From the NCBI GenBank assembly GCA_024276825.1, contig JAJRWI010000042.1:68463-132462 (forward strand): a DNA stretch of 64,000 bases. The letters are read 5' to 3'. Every line of letters starts with the position of its first letter. Positions within the stretch are counted from its first letter, which is position 1. Positions 20,680 to 29,523 of the stretch are shown here, in pieces. The notes under the pieces are model-generated. The model searched no databases, was not told the origin of the DNA, and saw only the letters and a program-made list of their open reading frames with translations. The translations under genes and the position numbers were made by a program. Origin of the DNA: an archaeon. Lineage in GTDB: Archaea > Asgardarchaeota > Thorarchaeia > Thorarchaeales > Thorarchaeaceae.

Positions 20680-21669
20680 ATGAACCTGCTTGACATTCGG
20701 AGCCTAAGGATGTATTACCAGACTCAGAAGGGCTTGGTCAAAGCTGTGGACAATGTTTCGCTGACATTAGACGCTGGCGAGTCAATCGGACTTGCAGGTG
20801 AATCGGGTTGCGGAAAATCAAGCCTTGCATATTCGATCATGCAGCTACTTCCACCCGCGGCAAATATTGTTGGCGGAAACATTTACTTCAAGGGTGAAGA
20901 CCTACTTAGAAAGACAGCAAAGGAAATGCGAGATATTCGCTGGAAGAATGTCGCAATCGTCTTTCAAGGTGCAATGAATGCTCTGAACCCAGTCTTTGAG
21001 ATTGGAGAGCAGATTGCAGAGGCCATTCTGATGCATGAAAACGTGACTGAAGAAGAAGCTCTTGACAGATGTGCCAAGCTGTTTGAGATGGTCGGTCTGG
21101 ACCCGGGACGAATTCACAACTATCCACATGAATTCAGTGGAGGAATGCGACAGAGGGCCATGATTGCTATGGCATTAGCGTGCAATCCTGACCTAGTGAT
21201 CGCAGACGAGCCAACAACAGCACTTGATGTCACAATCCAGGCTCAGATTCTCAGGCTTATGCAAAAATTGCAGAAAGACCTTGGCCTTTCACTGATATTG
21301 ATCACTCATGACTTGAGTGTTATTGCAGAAACCTGTGATAAGGTCGCTATCATGTATGCAGGAAGAATTGCAGAACTTGCTGATGTGGTTTCAGTATTCA
21401 AAGACCCAGTGCACCCATATGCTACTGGTCTTGTCGGTGCAATTCCAAGCATGGTGAAAGCAGAACACAAGACGCTCACTTCAATTCCTGGTTCGCCACC
21501 TGATCTGATTAATCCCCCAACCGGATGTAGATTCCATCCAAGATGTCCCTATGCACAAGACATTTGTTCTCGTGAGGAACCTATGATGGAAGAGATAGAA
21601 CCCGGAAGATTTGTAGCATGTCATTTTGCCGAACAACTGAGAGGCAAGATTCACGTAGATTTGGAATAG
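20680..21669 (+). CDS. oppD: Peptide ABC ATPase OppD
   Basis: [29 protein letters not shown]-terminal GCRFHPRC. Confidence 0.95.
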   Translation: MNLLDIRSLRMYYQTQKGLVKAVDNVSLTLDAGESIGLAGESGCGKSSLAYSIMQLLPPAANIVGGNIYFKGEDLLRKTAKEMRDIRWKNVAIVFQGAMNALNPVFEIGEQIAEAILMHENVTEEEALDRCAKLFEMVGLDPGRIHNYPHEFSGGMRQRAMIAMALACNPDLVIADEPTTALDVTIQAQILRLMQKLQKDLGLSLILITHDLSVIAETCDKVAIMYAGRIAELADVVSVFKDPVHPYATGLVGAIPSMVKAEHKTLTSIPGSPPDLINPPTGCRFHPRCPYAQDICSREEPMMEEIEPGRFVACHFAEQLRGKIHVDLE

Positions 21670-21681
21670 GAGGCTGAAATA

Positions 21682-22737
21682 ATGGCATTAAGAGAATCAA
21701 TATTTGCGGATGTATCATCTAGTATTAGTGAAGGCGAGCCTCTTGTCAGGGTCAGAAACCTTAGAAAGTGGTTCCCTGTAAACACCGGATTTCTTTCTTC
21801 ATTGCTTTATAAGCAAGAGCTTTTCGTCAAGGCTATTGATGGCATTAGCTTTGACATTAGAAAAGGAGAAGTCCTAGTAATTGCAGGTGAGTCAGGCTGT
21901 GGAAAGACTACAACAGGTCGATGCGTTCTATACCTTGAGAAACCCACCGATGGCTCAATATTTTATGGAGATATTGACCTTTCACAACTTGACAGGAACG
22001 AGATGAAAGAACTGCGAAAGAGAATGCAGATCACTTTTCAGGACCCTTACGAGTCACTCAATCCAAAGCAGAGTATCTTTAGCATAGTTGCAGAACCACT
22101 CAATGTCCACAAGATTCCACTCACACCAAGTCAGAAGAGAGAGAGAGTACTTGAAGCACTCGAGAGTGTGGCTCTTACACCCGCAACCGACTATATCGAT
22201 AGATACCCACACGAGCTTAGTGGTGGTCAGAGACAAAGAATTTCAATTGCCAGAGCACTGATACTGCATCCAGAATTTATGGTTGCAGATGAGCCCGTGT
22301 CAATGCTCGATGTGTCAATTCGTGCAGAGATCTTGAATCTTCTCTTGAAACTTAGAGAGGAACTTGGCCTCACCTATCTGTTTATTACTCATGACCTTGC
22401 AGTTGCAACTTACATTGCTGACAGAATCGGAATTATGTACCTTGGCAAGATCATGGAGATGGGACCATCGCATGATGTGGCATTCAGTCCCTTCCACCCA
22501 TACACAAGAGCGTTGATCTCAGCAGTCCCATCAGGAGACCCAACTGTGAAGAAGCGTGTTGAGTCCCTGAAGGGCGAACCGCCAAGCCCAATTAATGTGC
22601 CTTCTGGATGCAGGTTCCACCCACGTTGCCCATATGCCCAAGAGATTTGTGTGAGGGAGATCCCAGAAGACAGAGATATGGGTAATGACCACTTTGTGGC
22701 ATGCCACTTTGCCGGTGAGCTGCCAGAGATAGAGTAA
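21682..22737 (+). CDS. oppF: Peptide ABC ATPase OppF
   Basis: [36 protein letters not shown]. Confidence 0.95.
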   Translation: MALRESIFADVSSSISEGEPLVRVRNLRKWFPVNTGFLSSLLYKQELFVKAIDGISFDIRKGEVLVIAGESGCGKTTTGRCVLYLEKPTDGSIFYGDIDLSQLDRNEMKELRKRMQITFQDPYESLNPKQSIFSIVAEPLNVHKIPLTPSQKRERVLEALESVALTPATDYIDRYPHELSGGQRQRISIARALILHPEFMVADEPVSMLDVSIRAEILNLLLKLREELGLTYLFITHDLAVATYIADRIGIMYLGKIMEMGPSHDVAFSPFHPYTRALISAVPSGDPTVKKRVESLKGEPPSPINVPSGCRFHPRCPYAQEICVREIPEDRDMGNDHFVACHFAGELPEIE

Positions 22738-22809
22738 TAGTACTTCGGAGTTGACAGCATTTATTGCTGTCCTCCTATACTTATTTTATGAACAAATTTC
22801 AGGAGTCAA

Positions 22810-23250
22810 ATGATGTCAGGAAACAATGATAGACCGAGAGTATTAAGAGCAATCAAGAAGTGTCTGTCCAATGCATTTGCCCATCTTGAGGATGCGATGG
22901 ACGCGCTGGACGAGATTGGCAGAGGTTCGTTTGGAGCGGGCATGACACCATTGATAGGGGGCTATGCAATGAAAGATCCAAAGAGTTTCTATCGGACTGC
23001 CCTGATAAGTATCGACTCTATGGAAAAGGCTCTACGTCCTTTGGCAATCAGGGTTCGTGATGGCAGAGTGAATGAGAGTCATTTTACCGATGAGAGAGCA
23101 CTCGTCATACTCATGGACATTATTGAAACTGACTATGATTACATGATAATAAGGCTTTCAAAAGAATTGGGTCGTGATTCAACATGGTACAAGCTGCGCG
23201 AGATCCGGACCAAGATCAAAGAAGTATTAGAGATGGTAGCTGAAGAATAA
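22810..23250 (+). CDS. Hypothetical alpha-helical protein
   Basis: AGGAG RBS; clean ORF. Confidence 0.7.
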   Translation: MMSGNNDRPRVLRAIKKCLSNAFAHLEDAMDALDEIGRGSFGAGMTPLIGGYAMKDPKSFYRTALISIDSMEKALRPLAIRVRDGRVNESHFTDERALVILMDIIETDYDYMIIRLSKELGRDSTWYKLREIRTKIKEVLEMVAEE

Positions 23251-23469
23251 AAATACAAAATGATAGATTATTCTATATAATATAATGTTATCATGCAATA
23301 TGTTTTAATATAGCATAAGCGCTATGTGATGATGCGTAATAAAACCACAATGGCAAAGGTATAAATGGGACATTACAAGACTTCGTAGTTAAGTAGATGA
23401 TAAATAGAAAATGTGGTTTATGGTCATATAATACAGGGATGAATTGCAAACAAATGAAACGACTCGGAA

Positions 23470-24384
23470 GTGAATTTGATGTTAGAGTTACTGGCCAACC
23501 GCGCTTTGTCTGGACTGATTGTAATGGGTCTATTGGCGACCCTTGCTTACAAAGCCGGTTTTGTTGATATTTCGGGTCTCGTTAGTGCCTTTGCCATTGG
23601 CTTTCTTGTCTGGTATACAGGAGGTCCAGCAGCTTTTAGTCTCCTATTGTTCTTCTTTCTAAGTTCAGGTATTGCCACCAAGTTCAAGTACAAGGCAAAA
23701 GCAAAGCGTGGACTGGCTCAGGAAGGTAAAGGCAGAAGATCATGGAAGAATGTCATTGGCAGCGGAATAATACCGTTGCTCTTCTCGATAGCAATCTACA
23801 TCGCCCCCACACAGGACATTCAATATTGGATGTTCGGGGGTTTTATTGGAGCTGTGGCCACAACCTCTGCTGATACATTGGCCAGTGAGATTGGAGTGTT
23901 CAGTAAGAGAAAACCCAGACTGATAACTCATCTTCGAAGAAAGGTCCCCAGAGGAACAATTGGGGCAGTTTCACTTCTTGGTGAGGGTGTTGCAGTTCTT
24001 GCAGGTGTCGTCATCGGAACCATTGCTCTTGCTTTTGCATTCCTAGCACCTGCTACGGTTCCTATTGCCACATCACAACAGTTGTTATTCATCATGCCCC
24101 TATCAGTCTTGACTGCCTTCATAGGCTGCAATCTAGACAGTCTTTTAGGAGCAGTGTTTCAGAACAGATTTGTCTGTGAGATCTGCGGTGCAATTACAGA
24201 TAAAGAGTTTCATTGTGATTATGAAACCAAATACATAGGCGGCTTCAAACGATTCACAAACATGCATGTGAACCTTGGCTCGTCAGGAATGGGTGCAACC
24301 ATGGGTGTGATTCTTGGAGCAGGACTGTTTGTTTGGATCTTGGGTGGTCTGTTCTTCTGGATGTTAGCCTCTTCGAGCAGTTAG
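23470..24384 (+). CDS. DUF92/TMEM19 membrane protein with Zn-ribbon
   Basis: R.W.NV..., ADTLASEIG, LDSLLGA..Q, CEICG...HC. Confidence 0.9.
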   Translation: MNLMLELLANRALSGLIVMGLLATLAYKAGFVDISGLVSAFAIGFLVWYTGGPAAFSLLLFFFLSSGIATKFKYKAKAKRGLAQEGKGRRSWKNVIGSGIIPLLFSIAIYIAPTQDIQYWMFGGFIGAVATTSADTLASEIGVFSKRKPRLITHLRRKVPRGTIGAVSLLGEGVAVLAGVVIGTIALAFAFLAPATVPIATSQQLLFIMPLSVLTAFIGCNLDSLLGAVFQNRFVCEICGAITDKEFHCDYETKYIGGFKRFTNMHVNLGSSGMGATMGVILGAGLFVWILGGLFFWMLASSSS

Positions 24385-24461
24385 TAGTTTATTTTTAGAA
24401 ACAATTAAATAGTTCGCGATATTCAATGCACGAATTACTACAATTACTGAAGGTAGCAAAA

Positions 24462-25268
24462 ATGGGTATTCGAGCGCAATCAAAGACTTTTACTTGGGCG
24501 TTAACAGGAATCTTTGCTGCTGTCCATTTCGTGCTGACAATTTTCCCCTACACTGTCGGTGTGGGAGGTGGAGGAGCATATATCTCACTTGGACTGCTAT
24601 CAGGTCCAATAATAGGATTAATTCTTGGCCCCGTGTTTGGCCCCATCGCTGTGTTTATGGGCGGACTGCTTGGGGCTGCGGTAAACCCCGGAAGCGCGAT
24701 TCTTGGACTACTTACACCCATACCTGCAACCGTTGCAGCACTTATCACAGGCTCTTTGAGGACCAAGAGGACATACATCACACCAATAATTCTGGCACTT
24801 GGGATAATGGCATTTCTAACAACACCAGTTGGTAGATTCATTCCCAGTTATGCATGGATGCATGATCTAGCGCTCCTACTATCATTCATCCTCTTTATCC
24901 CAATAATGACAAAAGCGCTGAACTATGAGGGCGACAGAAAGTCTCTTGCAAGAGTTTCTACAATATCAGTTGCCTTGTTCATTGCAGCATTTGCAGCAAT
25001 CATGGCAGATCACATCATTGGATCGTTCATAGGAGTATACTATTTTCAGATGGTATATGGATTCCAACCAGATTCTCTCATTGTGATCTTTGGTTTCGTC
25101 ATGACTGTATATCCACTAGAACGAATAGTGGCAATTATTGTTACCACTATCGTCTTGGTATCACTAGATGTTGTTCTATCTGCCACCAACTTCATACTGC
25201 CCACATCAACAGCATTCTCAGAAGGAGTGCAAGAACTCGAAGAGAATGATGAAGCATCAGAAGGTTGA
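24462..25268 (+). CDS. ECF transporter S-component-like membrane protein
   Basis: Multi-TM; 'GLILGPVFG', 'DH..GS', 'YPLER'. Start chosen at ATG 24462. Confidence 0.7.
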   Translation: MGIRAQSKTFTWALTGIFAAVHFVLTIFPYTVGVGGGGAYISLGLLSGPIIGLILGPVFGPIAVFMGGLLGAAVNPGSAILGLLTPIPATVAALITGSLRTKRTYITPIILALGIMAFLTTPVGRFIPSYAWMHDLALLLSFILFIPIMTKALNYEGDRKSLARVSTISVALFIAAFAAIMADHIIGSFIGVYYFQMVYGFQPDSLIVIFGFVMTVYPLERIVAIIVTTIVLVSLDVVLSATNFILPTSTAFSEGVQELEENDEASEG

Positions 25269-25281
25269 GTTTAATAAGACT

Positions 25282-25318
25282 GAGAATTGCACCATATTCT
25301 GGGGCAATTCTCTTTTTT
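25282..25318 (+). terminator. Intrinsic terminator-like hairpin
   Basis: GAGAATTGC...GCAATTCTC followed by TTTTTT. Confidence 0.7.
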
Positions 25319-25346
25319 ATCGCCAGCTATTGCGTGAAATGTATCG

Positions 25347-25554
25347 AATTGGGACTGGCCTGGTGAGAACCAGTTGTCAGTGTTGCGCGTGGATACGAAA
25401 AACCCGGATAGAGTTGAACACTCGTAAATTAAAGATATAATTAATTGTCCAAAATCATACAATCTAGATAGATTTCATACAAGACTCACTTTTGAAATAT
25501 GTCCAATGCCGCTTTCCTGGCGTGCAGAACTCAGAGGTCCAGACTATTCCATTT
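25347..25554 (-). mobile_element. MITE-like repeat, copy 1
   Basis: Reverse complement aligns with 39264-39436 and 48874-49099; degenerate TIR ends AATTGGGACTGG / CTATTCCATTT. Confidence 0.7.
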
Positions 25555-25685
25555 AAAATTAACAGTTCAAACACTTATTCTTAGACGAAACTTCATATAC
25601 ATTTGATACAAGAATATCCGTGAGGTGGAAGGTTCCACCCGCTAAACAACTTTCAAGAAGTATTAAAGGAAGGAGCAAAAAGAAC

Positions 25686-26519
25686 TTGCAACTATTGGAT
25701 TTTGGTACGTGGACCCTGATTTTCCTTGGTGGCTTTTTCATCCTCATGTTTATCGCCAGTGGAATCAGGGTGCTTAAAGAATGGGAACGCGTGGCTATTC
25801 TTAGACTCGGTAAATTCAAACATATTGCGGGACCAGGGATAATCTGGGTCACTCCATTGATCGACAGGGTCGCAATGAAAGTGTCTCTCCGTCTTCTTAC
25901 CTACGCCTTCAAGACCGAACGATCTCTCACAAAAGACAATGTTCCTGTGGTTGTTGATGCGGTCATGTATTTCAGAGTCATTGACGTTGAAAAGGCTATC
26001 CTCAGCGTTGAACGTTATACAACCGCTGTCGAACTCGCTGCTCAGACAACCCTCAGAGAAACCATCGGTAAGGTTACTCTAGATGATCTTCTATCTGAGA
26101 GAGACCAGATTGCAGGCCATTTGCAGGAACTCATTGATGAGAAGACAGAACATTGGGGCGTCAAGGTTTCGAGTGTAGAGATCAGAGATGTTGTGATTCC
26201 ATCGCAATTGCAAGATGCAATGAGTCGTGAGGCACAGGCCGAGAGAGAACGGAGAGCGAGGGTGACATTGGCACAAGCGGAGCTAGAGGCGGCAGAGAAC
26301 ATGTTGAAGGCGGCCCACAGGTATGAGGAATCGGAAGTAGGGTTTGTGCTGAGAATTTGGAATGTGTTGCAAGAGATCAGCAAGAACGCAAACCTAATAA
26401 TCATGGTGCCAACGAACGTACCACATGTGGGCATTTCAGCAGCAACAGCGGCAGCATTATCTGCAGGAACGGGAGGATTGAAGCTCCCACCAGATAAAGG
26501 AACCACAAGGCAGAGATAG
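25686..26519 (+). CDS. SPFH/stomatin (slipin) protein
   Basis: ER..ILRLG, TKDNV...VDAV, AQTTLR..IG, WGVKV..VEIRD, AERERRA; TTG start after GGAG. Confidence 0.93.
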   Translation: MQLLDFGTWTLIFLGGFFILMFIASGIRVLKEWERVAILRLGKFKHIAGPGIIWVTPLIDRVAMKVSLRLLTYAFKTERSLTKDNVPVVVDAVMYFRVIDVEKAILSVERYTTAVELAAQTTLRETIGKVTLDDLLSERDQIAGHLQELIDEKTEHWGVKVSSVEIRDVVIPSQLQDAMSREAQAERERRARVTLAQAELEAAENMLKAAHRYEESEVGFVLRIWNVLQEISKNANLIIMVPTNVPHVGISAATAAALSAGTGGLKLPPDKGTTRQR

Positions 26520-26557
26520 AGGGCGGAGCGACCTGGACGACAGGGAGGAGATAGGAA

Positions 26558-27253
26558 TTGGATGCATGGATAAAGATCCTACTTGTGATGTTCATGATGT
26601 CAGCTCTAAGTATAGTAATTGGGTACATGTTGTTTGACCCGTTCATAGGGCTGATACTACTGGGAGTCATTCTCACTCTCATGGTGGTGACCGTTGAGCC
26701 TGCCACAGGAAAGGCCATGGTACAGGTTGTCATACCTCTAGTGATTCTGCTGTTCCTCTTTGAGATCATGTTAAACCCAGCATTCACATTTGATGCTTGG
26801 ATGTTGTTGGTAGTAGGTATAGTTCTATACCTGATGTTCACCATGTTCACAGGAGGAGGAGCAATAGGTGGTTCGTTAATTGACGCCAAGGTGGCCCTAA
26901 AGCTGTTTCCAATCTACGGCCTGATGATATTCATCTCAATGTGGATTGACCCAACATTTAGAACCACGGTTTACATCATGGTGGGTTCCGTGGGTCTCCT
27001 AATGGCCATATATATGGTCTTTCTGAGAGGATATGACAAGTGGCCTCGGTATCAATATGGAGCAGCACAAAGCGCTATCGCAATCACAGACATTGACCCA
27101 AAAGGGAAGGTTCGTGTAGGCGCCGAAATCTGGTGGGCAAAGATCATGCCGAACACACCACCAATCCGTGAGGGTGAGGAAGTGGCAATCCTTGGGATGA
27201 AGGGCATGACAATGATAGTTGCCCGAGAGGCTCCCGCTTCGGAGATTGTCTGA
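26558..27253 (+). CDS. NfeD-like stomatin partner (TMs plus C-terminal OB fold)
   Basis: 'AITDIDPKGKVRVGAEIWWA...I.EG..V' NfeD OB motif; follows stomatin. Confidence 0.85.
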   Translation: MDAWIKILLVMFMMSALSIVIGYMLFDPFIGLILLGVILTLMVVTVEPATGKAMVQVVIPLVILLFLFEIMLNPAFTFDAWMLLVVGIVLYLMFTMFTGGGAIGGSLIDAKVALKLFPIYGLMIFISMWIDPTFRTTVYIMVGSVGLLMAIYMVFLRGYDKWPRYQYGAAQSAIAITDIDPKGKVRVGAEIWWAKIMPNTPPIREGEEVAILGMKGMTMIVAREAPASEIV

Positions 27254-27280
27254 TCAAACAGGAGAGGGGTCAATTCCCTC

Positions 27281-28093
27281 TCACTTACTTTCTTTTCTCA
27301 TCGAGAGTAATTGCCAGATGATTGAGAGGCCAAAGAGAAAGCCCACAATAGAAGTCAGGCCCCACTCAATTTGAAATATCTCTGGAAGTAAGACTGGGTT
27401 ATTGGGAAATATTGGAAAGAGTGAGTAGGCAAGAACATTCCATGAGAAGTGGAAACCGATTGGAATCCAAAGTCTTCTTCCCGACATGTAGTATGAATAG
27501 GCAAGGACCACACCCCCAAGAAACAGATTTAGAGAGAACATCAGGATAAGGTGTAGCGGTACTGTTCCCAATGGACTGTACCAGTTAAAGTGAACTAGCG
27601 AGAATACCAGAGACCCTAGTATTATTGCCTTTTGTCTGCCCCAGACCTTCTCCATCCGAGTGACCATGTAACCTCGATAACTGATCTCCTCAAGCACTGC
27701 CACTGGTATCGCAATCAATGCAACACTCACCACAAGGTCAAGATTTAGGGTTGTTGGGTCACGAAGCTGACCACCAAAAAGCAATGCCAGAGTAAAGACC
27801 AGTCCTGCAGCTGCGATTCCTGAAACAAGGCCAATAATCAGGTCTACGAAGAGATTGCGGTCCTCAAGATTAAAACCCAAGTCAGATATTGAAACTCCAC
27901 CTTCTGCCTTGAGTGACCATATCACTGCAATGTACATCAATGGAAATGTCAGTAGGGAGAAGAGAGCTGCCATAGCGTCATATGAGGTGGTGCCTCTGAA
28001 GGGTGAAGACATGACATGAGGCATTTCAACAATCAAAAACATCGCAAGAACAAACCAAATCACCCTGATCAGAGTGGAATCATCTTTGCTCAT
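27281..28093 (-). CDS. CPBP/Abi (CAAX) intramembrane metalloprotease
   Basis: EE...RG, F...H and H..WN motifs. Confidence 0.92.
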   Translation of the reverse strand: MSKDDSTLIRVIWFVLAMFLIVEMPHVMSSPFRGTTSYDAMAALFSLLTFPLMYIAVIWSLKAEGGVSISDLGFNLEDRNLFVDLIIGLVSGIAAAGLVFTLALLFGGQLRDPTTLNLDLVVSVALIAIPVAVLEEISYRGYMVTRMEKVWGRQKAIILGSLVFSLVHFNWYSPLGTVPLHLILMFSLNLFLGGVVLAYSYYMSGRRLWIPIGFHFSWNVLAYSLFPIFPNNPVLLPEIFQIEWGLTSIVGFLFGLSIIWQLLSMRKESK

Positions 28094-28249
28094 TGATAAT
28101 CACAGCCGCATGGAGAAAAGCTACGTGCTAAATTAATTTATCCACCCAACTGATTTAAGTAGTGGTCGTTATTGAAATTATACCAGTTCAATTGTATATT
28201 GAATTGTAGACAGTTGATGGAAGGTGTTCATCGAACCGGAGGAATTCCA

Positions 28250-29422
28250 TTGTCGGAAATTAGGCGCTTGCTGTTGGAATTCGAGTTAGAAAATGTTGCC
28301 CGCTTGGCAAATAAGACAGCCAAATATAAGAAAGCACTAGTCAAGTCTTTTTCGGACCCTTCTGAGATTGTGAGAGAGCGGGCATTACTTGCTTCAATAG
28401 ACATGGCTGATCCCACTCTGGTCGATGACATCGTGAATGCATTAAATGATGAAGACGCTGATGTGAGAATTGCTTGTGCACAGGCCTTAGCTTGGTACCA
28501 ACAGCCCAAAACTGTGCCTTACATGCTTAGAGGACTTCTTGATGAAAACCCGTGGGTCAGATCACATTGTGCCGCGGGCCTATCAAAAATGTTAGAGGGC
28601 CCCATCTGGGCGAGGATTCCAAAGGAGGACATCAAGAAAATAATTGATGGTTTTCCAAACATGACAGATGAAGAGATTGCATCATTCCTTACCAGTCTAA
28701 ATCTTGTTCCAGATGCAATCAATCGACTTGTGAGATGGCACAAGGAGAATTTCGAGCTGGACATTGATGATTCGATATTAATGGAGGAACTTGAGGGCAA
28801 GCCAATTATTCTTGAGTCTGCCGAAGGCACATTGGAGCCCATAACTCCACCCACACATGGGAGCACCACATCCGAACCTGAGATATCGCCTGAAGTGCAA
28901 TTGATTCTGAGTGAGCTGCCCGAAGACATTGTTGCAACACTTCCGCCTGAAGACCTTAGAAGGCTCACACCAAGTTCAGCTAGAGAGCTGGTTGAGAAAC
29001 TTAAGGATCAGTTGGGAATTGAAGAGGAACCACCCAAGAAAAAGAAAAAGGTCAAGGTCCGAAAGGTCAAGCGGGTGAAAAAGAAAAAGAAGGGTCCGAC
29101 ACGTTCACAACTCCTCAAAAAGATTCCAAAGAGTGTTCGTGATTCAGTTGGAGAAGAGGCTCTTCAAAGTCTGACTGTTGAGGAACTTGAGGCTCTGATT
29201 GCAGCTTCGCCCGAGGAGGAGGTAGAAAGACCTAAAGAAAAGCCCAAAAAAGAGCCAGAGGGCAAACTTGCTGAGTTGATAGCCAAATACGGTGAGGAGA
29301 AGGCAGAGATTTTGATTAAATTGCCAGAAGATATGCTGTCAGGACTTGGCAAGAAGGAGATAGAAGAGATGGACCTCGATACTCTTCAGAGCCTAGTAGA
29401 TGCCCTAGGCCCCCCAGAATGA
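28250..29422 (+). CDS. HEAT-repeat protein with repeated helical C-terminal modules and a Lys-rich tract
   Basis: 'L.D.D..VR..A..AL' repeats; TTG start after GGAGG. Confidence 0.85.
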   Translation: MSEIRRLLLEFELENVARLANKTAKYKKALVKSFSDPSEIVRERALLASIDMADPTLVDDIVNALNDEDADVRIACAQALAWYQQPKTVPYMLRGLLDENPWVRSHCAAGLSKMLEGPIWARIPKEDIKKIIDGFPNMTDEEIASFLTSLNLVPDAINRLVRWHKENFELDIDDSILMEELEGKPIILESAEGTLEPITPPTHGSTTSEPEISPEVQLILSELPEDIVATLPPEDLRRLTPSSARELVEKLKDQLGIEEEPPKKKKKVKVRKVKRVKKKKKGPTRSQLLKKIPKSVRDSVGEEALQSLTVEELEALIAASPEEEVERPKEKPKKEPEGKLAELIAKYGEEKAEILIKLPEDMLSGLGKKEIEEMDLDTLQSLVDALGPPE

Positions 29423-29523
29423 AGAGAGGTATATCTTCCGTATAGCACTACATAAAAAGTAATGATTGAAAAAGAATGGTGTAGATATACGAATGAAGAA
29501 TATGAGAAGGGGAATTCTGCCAA

